In this document: positions 11,186 through 20,479 of the stretch, piece after piece
Position numbering within the stretch: position 1 is the stretch's first letter
Layout of the letters: each line of letters begins with the position of its first letter
NCBI GenBank assembly: GCA_963663895.2
Contig: CAXXRD010000002.1
Location: 288,001-352,000 of the forward strand
Direction of reading: 5' to 3'
DNA: 64,000 bases
DNA from: Dehalococcoidia bacterium
Lineage (GTDB): Bacteria > Chloroflexota > Dehalococcoidia > Bin125
The notes under the pieces: generated by a model
Told to the model about the DNA's origin: nothing
Databases searched by the model: none
The model's input: the letters and a program-made list of their open reading frames with translations, nothing else
Translations under genes and position numbers: made by a program

Positions 11186-11980
11186 GTGAGTCGCGCGCTG
11201 CTCAGGGCCGCGCTCGAATCGCGGGACGGATCGGCGTTGGCGATCGCGCCGATGATCGAGCGGCACGCGGGCGCGCTGGAGCAGATCGCGCCGGCCACGC
11301 TCCTTTCCGATGCAGAGGCGCTGGCGCGCGCCCTCCGGAACGCGCAGGCCCTGTACGGGTGCGACGCCGTGACGATCGGCGCCGCCGGAGAGCGCGTAGC
11401 CGCTGCCTGTTGGGAGGCGGCACGTCCCGGCCTGGCCCCGGCGGCCAGCGCGGCCGCCGTAGCGCGAGGGGAGCGACTCGACGAGCTCCCAACCCCGGCC
11501 AGCGTCGGCGGCGGTGCCTCGCTCGCCGTGGCCCGCGACGCCATGGCGCGGCTGCGGCCGGTGCTGGGCGATCGAGCAGGCATCGCCATCGTTCTGCCGG
11601 ATGCGCCGCGCCTCGCGGCACTTCTCGGACGGGAAGCGAGCGGCGATTGGGCGCGCGCGACGTTGCTCGAAATCGTGCGGCTATTCGGGCCGGAAGAGCC
11701 GGACCTCTTCCTCCTCGTGGGCAACGAACACACGCTCGCGCGGCCGCTCGCATCGCTGGCGGACTTCTTCGGTTCGCCGATCGTCCACGTCTGCGCAGAG
11801 GAGAGCCGCCAAGCGGGCGTCGCCGTCCTTCGGGGCGACGACTTCGCAGGCAGCGCGGCGGATCTCCCAGCGGCGACGTGGCTGGTCACCAGCTCCACGG
11901 AGCTGGACGTAAACTCTGACCCGAAAGCAACGCGCGAAGCGATCGCCAACATGCGGCGGCGACGGACGGTAGCCGAGTAG
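11186..11980 (+). CDS. Putative ApcE-like accessory subunit (N-terminus resembles UroD/MtaA-fold proteins)
   Basis: 264 aa in the apcE position between the ApcD-like gene and a CoA ligase; LLSDAEALARALRNAQALYGCDAV segment. Confidence 0.55.
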   Translation: MSRALLRAALESRDGSALAIAPMIERHAGALEQIAPATLLSDAEALARALRNAQALYGCDAVTIGAAGERVAAACWEAARPGLAPAASAAAVARGERLDELPTPASVGGGASLAVARDAMARLRPVLGDRAGIAIVLPDAPRLAALLGREASGDWARATLLEIVRLFGPEEPDLFLLVGNEHTLARPLASLADFFGSPIVHVCAEESRQAGVAVLRGDDFAGSAADLPAATWLVTSSTELDVNSDPKATREAIANMRRRRTVAE

Positions 11981-11989
11981 GAGCAAGCC

Positions 11990-13333
11990 GTGACGTCAGA
12001 GCTCTGGCACCCCGAGCTGGAGAGCAAGCCTTGGCCGGAAGTCGAGAGCTGGCAATCCGCGCGCCTGGCTTCGTTTGCCAGCTCGCTGCGCGAGCGTTCG
12101 GCCTTCTATCGAGACCATTGGAGCGGCGCCGCGATCCCGGAGGACCCGTCTCGGTTTGCATGGCTCGACGGCCTGCCCTTCACAAGTAAAGCGGACCTCC
12201 GCCGCGCGCAGGACAGCACCACGGCCCAAACGCCGTTTGGCGCCATCCAGGCCGTGCCCCTGCGCGAAGTCGTCCAGGTCGTCTCATCGTCCGGCACATC
12301 GGGGCGTCCCGTGGTGTACGGGCTCACGCAGCGGGATGTCGAGGCGTGGAGCGACGGCGTCGCCAACATGTTCTTCACTGCGGGCATCCGGCCGGAGGAC
12401 ACCATCGTGCACCTCACGCGGCTGCCGATGGTGGCCGGAGGGCTACCTTACGCGGACGCGCTGCGCCGCGTGGGAGCAACGCTCGTCTGGGCCGGCGGAC
12501 TCCCCACGGAGCGGACGTTGCGGACCATCCAAGCGCTCCATGCCACCGCCCTCACCGCCACTGTTTCCTTCGAGGTCTACCTCACCGAGCACTGCGAAGA
12601 CGTCCTGGGCGTCCCGCCCAGCGCCCTCGGCCTGCGCAAGCTCATCGGCGGGGGGGAGCCCGGCATGGGGCAACCCGAGATCCGCGACAAGATCCGTCGC
12701 GGCTGGGGGATCGATCACGTCCGTGAAGCCATGGGCCTCAGCGACGTGATGGCGGGCATGTGGGCAGAGTGCGAAGAGGGGGGCGGGATGCACTGCACGG
12801 CACAGCGCTATGTGGCCGTGGAGCTGATCGATCCGGCGAGCGGCGTGCAGGTGGAGTGGCGCGAGGGAAGCAGGGGGGAGCCCGTCTACAGCACCTTCGA
12901 ACGCGAAGCGACGCCGCTGCTGCGGTTCCGGTCCGGCGACGCCGTCGTCGTGAGCGGCATGGGCTGCGCCTGCGGACGAAGCTCGCCCAAGATTCAGTGC
13001 GTCGGCCGAACCGATGACATGTTGATCTACAAGGCCATGAACGTCTTCCCCACGGCGATCCGCGATCTGGTCCTGAGTCGTTTCGCCGGAGAGGTGGAGC
13101 CGCACATCCGGATCTGGAAGGAGCGTCCCGAGCAGGTCCGCTTCGATGACCCGATCCCACTTGATGTCGAGGTCGGAGACGCCGTGGCCAGCGCCCGGCG
13201 CCGGGCACTCGCCGAGGAGATCGCGCGGGCGGTCCGGGACGAGCTGCAGGTGCGCGTCGACGTCTCCCTGGTCTCCCGCGGCCTGATTCCCCGTTCGGAC
13301 TACAAGACTCCGCTCGTCTACGTGCGCGAGTAG
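11990..13333 (+). CDS. PaaK-like acyl-CoA ligase in the bal (aroylacetate-CoA ligase) position
   Basis: 447 aa; LPFTSKADLR, SSSGTSGRP, GGEPG, PLLRFRSGD, GRTDDMLIYKAMNVFP. Confidence 0.87.
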   Translation: MTSELWHPELESKPWPEVESWQSARLASFASSLRERSAFYRDHWSGAAIPEDPSRFAWLDGLPFTSKADLRRAQDSTTAQTPFGAIQAVPLREVVQVVSSSGTSGRPVVYGLTQRDVEAWSDGVANMFFTAGIRPEDTIVHLTRLPMVAGGLPYADALRRVGATLVWAGGLPTERTLRTIQALHATALTATVSFEVYLTEHCEDVLGVPPSALGLRKLIGGGEPGMGQPEIRDKIRRGWGIDHVREAMGLSDVMAGMWAECEEGGGMHCTAQRYVAVELIDPASGVQVEWREGSRGEPVYSTFEREATPLLRFRSGDAVVVSGMGCACGRSSPKIQCVGRTDDMLIYKAMNVFPTAIRDLVLSRFAGEVEPHIRIWKERPEQVRFDDPIPLDVEVGDAVASARRRALAEEIARAVRDELQVRVDVSLVSRGLIPRSDYKTPLVYVRE

Positions 13334-13402
13334 CATCATGGGCGGGCGTTTGACAGTAACCCGCGGCCTTGGCGACCATGCGCCCCTGTTCGGAGTGCAC
13401 GC

Positions 13403-13864
13403 ATGGACTTGCATGGCCAGAAAGTGCTCAAGGTTGCCATCGATCCCTTGTGGGAAGCCATGGACGATCCCGATCTGCTGGCCCGAAGCGCGCCCGGCTG
13501 CAAGCGCCTGGAAGCGATCGGCGACGGCGAATACATCGCTGTCGTTGAACTGGGAGTTGCGGCCGTCAAGGGCCGCTACACAGCCCGCGTGCGGATGAGC
13601 GACAAGCGGCGAGAGGCCGCCAGCGGAAGCTTGCACGTGGCGCTCAAGGGGGACGGCGATAGCGGCTTCCTGACCGGGGAGGGCGACGTTCGCCTGGAGA
13701 CGGTCGAACAAGGGACGCGAGTTTCGTACGAGGCAGCCGTGACGGTCGGCGGGCGCGTCGCGGGCGTGGGACAGCGCGTTCTACGCGGCATCGCCAACAT
13801 GCTGATCGGGCAATTCTTCAAGTCGCTGGAGGAGGAATTGCGCTCCGTGAGAGCCGCCACGTGA
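13403..13864 (+). CDS. CoxG-like SRPBCC protein
   Basis: 153 aa; LWEAMDDPDLLARSAPGCKRLE, GTRVSYEA, VGGRVAGVGQR, QFF. Confidence 0.85.
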   Translation: MDLHGQKVLKVAIDPLWEAMDDPDLLARSAPGCKRLEAIGDGEYIAVVELGVAAVKGRYTARVRMSDKRREAASGSLHVALKGDGDSGFLTGEGDVRLETVEQGTRVSYEAAVTVGGRVAGVGQRVLRGIANMLIGQFFKSLEEELRSVRAAT

Positions 13865-14739
13865 AGCCGGCCCCATTCCGCTATTTCGCGCCGACATCTC
13901 TCGACGAGTGCGTCGACCTGCTCAGTGAACACGGCGATGAAGCGAAACTGCTCGCCGGCGGTCAGAGCCTCGTGCCGATGATGAACTTCCGGCTGGCGAA
14001 ACCCGCCGCGCTTATCGACCTGAACGGCGTCTCAGAACTCGCCTACGTGGGGGAAACCGCCAGCGGCGGGATGCGAATCGGCGCGCTGACGCGGCAGCGG
14101 GCGCTGGAACGCGATCCCGAACTCCGGCGCCGCAATCCCCTCCTAGCCGAGGCGATCCCCTATATCGGGCACTTCCAGATTCGCAACCGCGGGACGGTGG
14201 GCGGCAGCATCGCGCACGCCGACCCCGCCGCCGAATTGCCGGCGGTCCTCTGTGCGCTCGATGGCAGCATCCGCGTCCAAGGCGCGGGAGGGGAGCGGAC
14301 GATCGCCGCCGTGGACTTCTTCCAAACGTACTTCACCGCCGATCTCGGCCCCGACGAGGTTGTGACGGAGATCGTGCTGCCCCCATGGCACAGCGGCGAT
14401 GGCTGGGCGGTGCAGGAGCTCAGTCGGCGCTACGGCGACTTCGCCCTCGTCGGCGTGGCCTGCCGTCTCCGCGTCGACGCGGAGGGGAACGTGACGGACA
14501 GTGCGGCAGCGCTCTTCGGCGTCGGCGGCGCACCTGTCGTGCCGGAGGCGGTGGCGCAGCTCGTCGGAACCCGTGCCGAGGAAGCCACGCTCGCAGCCGT
14601 CTCCGCCGCGGTCGCTGCGGAGCTCGACCCCGAGTCCGACGTCCACGCCTCGGCCTCCTATCGCAGACATCTGGCAGGGGTCCTGACGCGGCGCGCTTTG
14701 GGCGAGGCCTACGCGCGTGCGAACGGGGGAGCGGGATGA
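13861..14739 (+). CDS. Molybdenum hydroxylase FAD-binding subunit (CoxM/XdhB-like)
   Basis: MKPAPFRY start, LLAGGQSLVPMMNFRL, QIRNRGTVGGSIAHADPAAE. Confidence 0.92.
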   Translation: MKPAPFRYFAPTSLDECVDLLSEHGDEAKLLAGGQSLVPMMNFRLAKPAALIDLNGVSELAYVGETASGGMRIGALTRQRALERDPELRRRNPLLAEAIPYIGHFQIRNRGTVGGSIAHADPAAELPAVLCALDGSIRVQGAGGERTIAAVDFFQTYFTADLGPDEVVTEIVLPPWHSGDGWAVQELSRRYGDFALVGVACRLRVDAEGNVTDSAAALFGVGGAPVVPEAVAQLVGTRAEEATLAAVSAAVAAELDPESDVHASASYRRHLAGVLTRRALGEAYARANGGAG

Positions 14740-15209
14740 GCGAGCGCGTGGCGCTGTCGCTTCAGGTGAACGGGGCGGCCGTCGATCGGGATGTCGAACC
14801 CCGGCTCACCTTGGCGGACTTCCTCCGCAATGCATTGCAGCTGACCGGCACGCATCTCGGATGCGAGCACGGCGTCTGCGGCGCCTGCACCGTTCTGGTA
14901 GACGGGGAGGCGGTCCGCTCCTGCCTCCTATTTGCCGCGCAAGCGCAGGGGCGATCCATCACGACGATCGAAGGGCTTGCGGAAGGCGCCGACCTCCACC
15001 CCCTGCAAAGAGCCCTGCTGGAGCGCAACGGTCTCCAGTGCGGGTTCTGCACACCCGGCGTGCTCATGACCGCCATGGAGTTCCTGGATAATGCTTCCGG
15101 ACCAACGAGGGACGAGATCCGGAAGGCGCTCTCCGGCACGATCTGCCGTTGCACCGGATATCAGGGGATGGTGGACGCCATCGCGGAGATCGCAGGAGTC
15201 GACCGGTGA
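14736..15209 (+). CDS. Molybdenum hydroxylase 2Fe-2S subunit (CoxS-like)
   Basis: ATG 14736 overlaps the upstream TGA; GCEHGVCGACTV, RSC, QCGFCTPG, CRCTGY. Confidence 0.92.
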   Translation: MSERVALSLQVNGAAVDRDVEPRLTLADFLRNALQLTGTHLGCEHGVCGACTVLVDGEAVRSCLLFAAQAQGRSITTIEGLAEGADLHPLQRALLERNGLQCGFCTPGVLMTAMEFLDNASGPTRDEIRKALSGTICRCTGYQGMVDAIAEIAGVDR

Positions 15210-17497
15210 CGCGCGAGCAGCTCATCCGAGGTGAGGGACGATTCATCGCCGATCTGCCGGACGCGGACTGCCGCTGGGTTGCGTTCGTCCGCAGCCCGCA
15301 CGCCCACGCACGCGTGCTATCGGTTCTCCCTCCCGAAGACGCACCCGATGTGATGCTGGTAACGGGCCGTGATCTTGCCGGCAATATCCAGCCACTACGC
15401 GTGCAAGCACCCGGACTCAACGTCTACGACTGGCACCTGATGCATCCCGAGCGAGCGCTCTTCGTGGGCGATCCTGTAGCGGCAGTCGTCGCCGACAATC
15501 CCTACGAAGCCGAGGACCTTGCGGACGCAGTGCGCGTCGAATACGAGCCGTTACCCGCAGTCACCAGTCTGGAGGCAGCCGCTGGCAACGAGACTACGAT
15601 TCATCCCGATCTCTCCGACAACGTGCTCTTCAAGTTCGCACTGAACGAAGGAGCCACCACGGAGATGTTCGCCTCCGCGGATCTCGTGGTCGAGCGGACA
15701 TTCCGGTACCCGCGCCAGACGGCGGTGCCGCTTGAGTGCCGCGGCGTACTGGCGCGCTACGACCCGCGCGAGCAACGCTTCACGGTATGGACCTCCACGC
15801 AGGTGCCCCACTACCTACGAAACGGCCTTTCCCAGATCCTCGGTGTGCCGGAGGACGACATCCGCGTGATCCGTCCGGATGTCGGCGGCGCCTTCGGGCT
15901 CAAGGCGCAGCTCTTTCCCGAGGAAGTGGTCTTGCCATGGCTGGCGCGCGAAACGGGCAGCGCGCTGAAATGGGTAGAAGATCGGCGCGAAAATCTCCTC
16001 GCCAGTGTGCACGCGCACGAAGGGACGCTGACGCTGGGCGCCGCGTTCGACGGCGATGGCAGCCTGCGAGCCGTACGCGCGCGAGCGGAAGGCGACGCCG
16101 GCGCGCACTCCGTTTTCCCCTTCGGGGCAGGCCTGGACCCCTTCACCACGGTGATCAATCTCTTCGGCGCCTATCGCCACGAAGTCTCCGAAGTCGATGC
16201 CACAGGCTATGCGACCAACAAGGCGCCAGCAGCAAGCTACCGGGGGGTTGGACAGGTACTCGCGGTATTCGCCGTGGAGCAGCTGCTAGACATCGCCGCG
16301 GGCGAACTGGGGTTGGACCCCGCAGAGATCAGACGGCGCAATCTGCTCCGCACCGACGACTTCCCCCATACGACGCCCACCGGCAACGCGTTCGACACCG
16401 GCAACTACCAAGAGACCCTGCGCATGGCGCTGGAGCGAGCGGACTACGACGGCCTGCGCGCGGAGCAGAAAACCGCGGCGGCGAACGGGAAACGATTAGG
16501 CGTGGGCGTGGTCGCATTCAACGAGGTCACAGGCGTCACGCTCTATCCCGGCTACGACGGAGCGCGCGTGCGCATCGCCCCGGACGGGACGATCCAGGGA
16601 TTCATGAGCTCCGCCTCAAGCGGCCAGGGACACGCGGAGGTCTACGGCCGCCTGATCGCCGAAGAGCTGGGCGTCCCGCGTGAGCGAGTCCGGATCGTGG
16701 AGGGCGACACCGATCTCTGTCCGCCCGGCTCGGGGACCTACGCGAGCCGCACGGCCGTCACCATGGGGAACACCCTGACCCTGGCGAGCCAAGATCTGCG
16801 GCGCAAGCTTCTCAAAGTCGCGGCGCTGATGCTGAAGTTCGAAGGCGAGCTCTCCGATGCCCGGGTCGAGCGGGAACTTACGATCGCGGACGGGCGGATC
16901 TGCCTGGCCGAGGATCCCGCGACGGGCGTGGACTTCGACGAGGTGGTGCAAGCCGCCTACTTGCAGACGCTCGATTTCGCCCTTCCCCAGGAGATCGTAG
17001 AGGCGGGCCTGGAGGTGACACGCTACGAAAAGCTGCCCCAGAACGTCTTCTCCAACACCGCGATCGTCGCGGCCGTCGATGTGGACACCGAGACGGGGCA
17101 CTTCGAGATCCGGCGGCTGGTCATGGTGGGCGACTGCGGCCGCATCCTGGACAGGGAGACCGTGGATGGGCAAGCGATCGGCGGAGCAGCGATGGGGATC
17201 GGCTGCGGGACGCTGGAGCAGCTCGCCTACGACGGGGACGGGCAGTTGCTGACAGCGAGCCTAATGGACTATCTAGTACCCACAGCGATGGAGGTCCCGC
17301 CGATCGAGGTCGGACACCTCGAAACGCCGTCCAGCGTGACGCGCAATGCAGCGAAGGGGATGGGGGAGAGTGGAACCATGGGAATTCCGGCGGTCTTAGC
17401 GAATGCCGTGGCCGACGCGCTCAGCGCGGAGGTCACCGAACTCCCGCTCTCCGAAGAGCGGATCGCCGGTCTGGCAATGGGAGCGAGCTCTCTCTGA
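15206..17497 (+). CDS. Xanthine-dehydrogenase-family molybdopterin subunit (CoxL-like, not form I CO dehydrogenase)
   Basis: GTG 15206 overlaps the upstream TGA; FVRSPHAHA, VGGAFGLK, SYRGVG, GQGH, GTYASR, AKGMGESG. Confidence 0.88.
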   Translation: MTREQLIRGEGRFIADLPDADCRWVAFVRSPHAHARVLSVLPPEDAPDVMLVTGRDLAGNIQPLRVQAPGLNVYDWHLMHPERALFVGDPVAAVVADNPYEAEDLADAVRVEYEPLPAVTSLEAAAGNETTIHPDLSDNVLFKFALNEGATTEMFASADLVVERTFRYPRQTAVPLECRGVLARYDPREQRFTVWTSTQVPHYLRNGLSQILGVPEDDIRVIRPDVGGAFGLKAQLFPEEVVLPWLARETGSALKWVEDRRENLLASVHAHEGTLTLGAAFDGDGSLRAVRARAEGDAGAHSVFPFGAGLDPFTTVINLFGAYRHEVSEVDATGYATNKAPAASYRGVGQVLAVFAVEQLLDIAAGELGLDPAEIRRRNLLRTDDFPHTTPTGNAFDTGNYQETLRMALERADYDGLRAEQKTAAANGKRLGVGVVAFNEVTGVTLYPGYDGARVRIAPDGTIQGFMSSASSGQGHAEVYGRLIAEELGVPRERVRIVEGDTDLCPPGSGTYASRTAVTMGNTLTLASQDLRRKLLKVAALMLKFEGELSDARVERELTIADGRICLAEDPATGVDFDEVVQAAYLQTLDFALPQEIVEAGLEVTRYEKLPQNVFSNTAIVAAVDVDTETGHFEIRRLVMVGDCGRILDRETVDGQAIGGAAMGIGCGTLEQLAYDGDGQLLTASLMDYLVPTAMEVPPIEVGHLETPSSVTRNAAKGMGESGTMGIPAVLANAVADALSAEVTELPLSEERIAGLAMGASSL

Positions 17498-17542
17498 GGG
17501 CTTAAAGCCGCAGACCATCTGCGGCATCGATTAGGAGGCGAC

Positions 17543-18835
17543 ATGGAGCGTTGGATTCGAGGATCGATACGAAGAGGGAGACATCTCTTCCTCCTGAGCG
17601 TTGCCTTGCTGCTGGCGGTGGGCTTGGTCGCCGCTGCCTGTGGCGGCGATGATGCCGATGAGGAGCCGGCAGCTGCGGTGACGGAGGCCCCAGCCCCAGC
17701 GGCGGAGCCCGAGCCGGCAGCCGAGGAGCCCATGGCCGAAGAGCCCATGGCCGAGGAGCCCATGGCTGAGGAGCCTATGGCCGAAGAGCCCATGGCTGAA
17801 GAGCCCATGGCCGAAGAGCCCATGGCTGAAGAGCCCATGGCCGAAGAGCCACTGCGGGTGGCCCACCTGATCATCGAAGCCTCCATTGATGACGAGGGGT
17901 ACTTCCTCTCGCATGAGGAGGGCGTGCAGGCTGCCGCCGAGCGTCTGGGCAATGTCGAGACCGCACTCATCCAGTTCATTCCTCCCAACGAGGAGTTCAC
18001 CCAGACGACCCAGCAGGTGATCGACGACGGCTACGACATCATCGTCGATTCGGGCGCGGCCGGCGCCCTGTTCCTGGACGCGTGCGCCGGCGTTGAAGGC
18101 GTGGCCTGCTTGGAGACCTACGGGATCCCGCCCTTCGCCGACAACGTCGTCAGCTACTACCCCAAGCATTGGTACACGGCCTACCTCGTGGGGGTCGCGG
18201 CGGGCCTCCTGACGGAGACGGGCACCATCGGCTACGTCGTCACGTACGACATCCCCTTGGTGGTAGCCAATGTCAACGCCTACCTCCTCGGTTGTCAGTC
18301 GGTGCGGGAGGACTGCACGCTCAAGAACGTGACGATTAACTCGTGGTTCGACCCGCCCTCAGAGACCGAGGCAGCGCACGCGCTCATCAACGACGGCGCC
18401 GACGTGCTGTTCGGCTTCATCGACGATGCCACCGCGCTCATCACCGCCAGTGAGCGGGGCGTCTGGGCGGCCACGATGTTCAAAGACCTGCGCCGCCACG
18501 GCGAGGACGCGTACATCACGTCCGCTCTCATGATCTGGGACGAATTCTATGAAGCGGAGTTCCAAGCGGTCCGAGACGGCACCTGGAGCGGCAACCGGCA
18601 AGTGCTGTTCGAACTCGGCTCCGGTGCCGAGATCGACTCCTTCGGCCCCAACGTCCCCGCGGACGTAGTCGAGCAGGTGATGCAGGTGCGCGCGGACATC
18701 ATTTCCGGCGCTTTTAACCCGTTCGTTGGGCCCTTCTACGATCAGGACGGCGTAGAGCAAGTCCCTGCCGGCGAAGCGCTCTCGGATGAATTCCTTTACT
18801 CCGGGTGGAGTTGGTACGTGCAGGGAGTCGAATAG
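17543..18835 (+). CDS. BMP-family ABC transporter substrate-binding lipoprotein
   Basis: AGGAGG RBS; hydrophobic leader with VAAAC lipobox; acidic linker; AYLVGVAAGLLTETGTIGYV, NSWFDP, ALINDGADVL. Confidence 0.85.
   Translation: MERWIRGSIRRGRHLFLLSVALLLAVGLVAAACGGDDADEEPAAAVTEAPAPAAEPEPAAEEPMAEEPMAEEPMAEEPMAEEPMAEEPMAEEPMAEEPMAEEPLRVAHLIIEASIDDEGYFLSHEEGVQAAAERLGNVETALIQFIPPNEEFTQTTQQVIDDGYDIIVDSGAAGALFLDACAGVEGVACLETYGIPPFADNVVSYYPKHWYTAYLVGVAAGLLTETGTIGYVVTYDIPLVVANVNAYLLGCQSVREDCTLKNVTINSWFDPPSETEAAHALINDGADVLFGFIDDATALITASERGVWAATMFKDLRRHGEDAYITSALMIWDEFYEAEFQAVRDGTWSGNRQVLFELGSGAEIDSFGPNVPADVVEQVMQVRADIISGAFNPFVGPFYDQDGVEQVPAGEALSDEFLYSGWSWYVQGVE
17720..17854 (+). repeat. 15-bp coding tandem repeat, 9 units, (AEEPM)8-AEEPL
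   Basis: Direct reading: GCYGARGAGCCYATG units from 17720 to 17839, then GCCGAAGAGCCACTG. Confidence 0.95.
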
Positions 18836-18865
18836 AGTCAGAACTATTCGCCAGGAGTTGCATTG

Positions 18866-18904
18866 CGAAGGGCCGGCCCTCACCGAGTGGGGGCTGGCCC
18901 TTCG
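18866..18904 (+). terminator. Stem-loop after the BMP gene (terminator or mRNA-stabilising hairpin)
   Basis: CGAAGGGCCGGCCCTCAC-CGA-GTGGGGGCTGGCCCTTCG, 18-bp stem with G-U pairs, weak U tail. Confidence 0.65.
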
Positions 18905-18925
18905 GGCATTAGTAATGAGCGGCCT

Positions 18926-20470
18926 GTGACAAGCGCAGACAGTGGCAGCGTTCCCCTCGCCGTGCAGATGCGCGGGATCGTGAAGCGATTCGACGACTTC
19001 GTGGCGGTGAACGATGTCGATTTCGACCTGCGCGCGGGCGAGGTGCATGCGCTGCTGGGAGAAAACGGCGCGGGCAAGACGACCCTGATGAACGTACTCA
19101 GCGGGCTGCTGCGCCCGGATCGGGGTCACATTCTCCTCAACGGCGAGCCCGCACGAATCCGGGCGCCCCGAGACGCATTGCGGCGCGGAATCGGCATGGT
19201 GCACCAGCACTACCGGCTAGTGCACGGCTTCACGGTCGCGGAGAACATCCACTTGGGCTGGGATGCGAGCCCTACGGTGCTCACGCCCGCGCGCATCGAG
19301 GAGCGCACGCGAGAGCTCAGCGATCGCTTCCATCTGGAGGTCGATCCGGCGGCGCGTATCTGGCAGCTCTCAGTGGGCGAGCAGCAGCGGGTGGCCATCT
19401 TGCGCACCCTTGCGCGGGGCGCCCGCATCTTGATCCTGGACGAGCCAACCGCAGTGCTGGCCCCCGGCGAGACGGACCAACTCTTCGGCATGATTCGGCA
19501 ACTCTCCAGCGAGAGCGGACGGACGATCGTGTTCATCTCGCACAAGCTGGAAGAGGCGCTTGCGATCTCCGACCGCGTGACGGTGTTGCGGGGCGGACGC
19601 CACATGGGCACGCACGCCGCGGAAGACTGCAGCCCGCGCATGCTCAGCCAGGAGATGGTGGGGCGCAGTATCGAGTTCACGCGCCAACGCGAGCCGGTCG
19701 AGTTGGGAGAAAACGCGCTCGTTGCGGAAGCCCTCTCCACCACCGACGACCGCGGTCTGCCCGCCTTGCGAGACGTGGACGTGACGGTGCGCGCGGGCGA
19801 GATCGTTGGCGTTGCCGGCGTCGCCGGCAACGGCCAGCGCGAGCTGTCCGAGACGCTCACCGGCTTACGCGCGCTCACCGCCGGCCGCATCCACGTCGGC
19901 GGTCAGGATCTGTCGCGCGCGCGCGCGCGCGACTTCCTTGCGGCGGGCGTGGGGCATATTCCCGAGGATCGATACGCGTCCGGGCTGGTGCTGACCGAGT
20001 CGATCGAGCACAACGCGATCCTGCGCGCCTTTCAGCATCCCCCCGTGCGGCGCGGTCCACTCCTCGTGCAAGGCGCCGCGCGGCGCTTTGCGCGCATGCT
20101 GGCCAAGACTGTCGGCCTCTCGATTAGCGACGTGAGCGCGCCGGTGCGCAGCCTCTCCGGCGGCAACGCACAGCGCCTGCTCACCGGACGGGAACTCAAC
20201 GCCAGCGCGCACGTCCTTGTGGTGGTGCATCCGACCCGCGGCCTTGATGTCGGCGCGATCGAGGAGGTACAGCAGGTGCTGCTGCGCGCGCGCGCGACGG
20301 GGGTCGCGATCCTGCTGATCTCCGAGGATCTGAATGAGGTGATGCGTCTCTCCGATCGGATCCTGGTGCTCTATCGCGGTGCGATCGTCGGCGAGTTCAC
20401 GGACCCCGAGCAGTTCGACCTGGAGGAGATCGGCCTGCTGATGGGCGGCGCCCTCGCCGCTGCATCTTAG
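18926..20470 (+). CDS. ABC transporter ATP-binding protein, two-domain sugar/nucleoside type
   Basis: GENGAGKTT, LSVGEQQRV, ILDEPT, GVAGNGQ, LSGGNAQR; start uncertain (GTG 18926 or ATG 18968). Confidence 0.92.
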   Translation: MTSADSGSVPLAVQMRGIVKRFDDFVAVNDVDFDLRAGEVHALLGENGAGKTTLMNVLSGLLRPDRGHILLNGEPARIRAPRDALRRGIGMVHQHYRLVHGFTVAENIHLGWDASPTVLTPARIEERTRELSDRFHLEVDPAARIWQLSVGEQQRVAILRTLARGARILILDEPTAVLAPGETDQLFGMIRQLSSESGRTIVFISHKLEEALAISDRVTVLRGGRHMGTHAAEDCSPRMLSQEMVGRSIEFTRQREPVELGENALVAEALSTTDDRGLPALRDVDVTVRAGEIVGVAGVAGNGQRELSETLTGLRALTAGRIHVGGQDLSRARARDFLAAGVGHIPEDRYASGLVLTESIEHNAILRAFQHPPVRRGPLLVQGAARRFARMLAKTVGLSISDVSAPVRSLSGGNAQRLLTGRELNASAHVLVVVHPTRGLDVGAIEEVQQVLLRARATGVAILLISEDLNEVMRLSDRILVLYRGAIVGEFTDPEQFDLEEIGLLMGGALAAAS

Positions 20471-20479
20471 GAGTTCGGT

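Noticed and set aside
13861-17497. Aerobic CO dehydrogenase (coxMSL)
   Set aside because: Lacks the AYxCSFR Cu-binding loop and coxDEF accessory genes.
17720-17854. Periodic repeat as a CRISPR array
   Set aside because: Contiguous 15-bp in-frame units with no spacers and no cas genes; it is a coding repeat.
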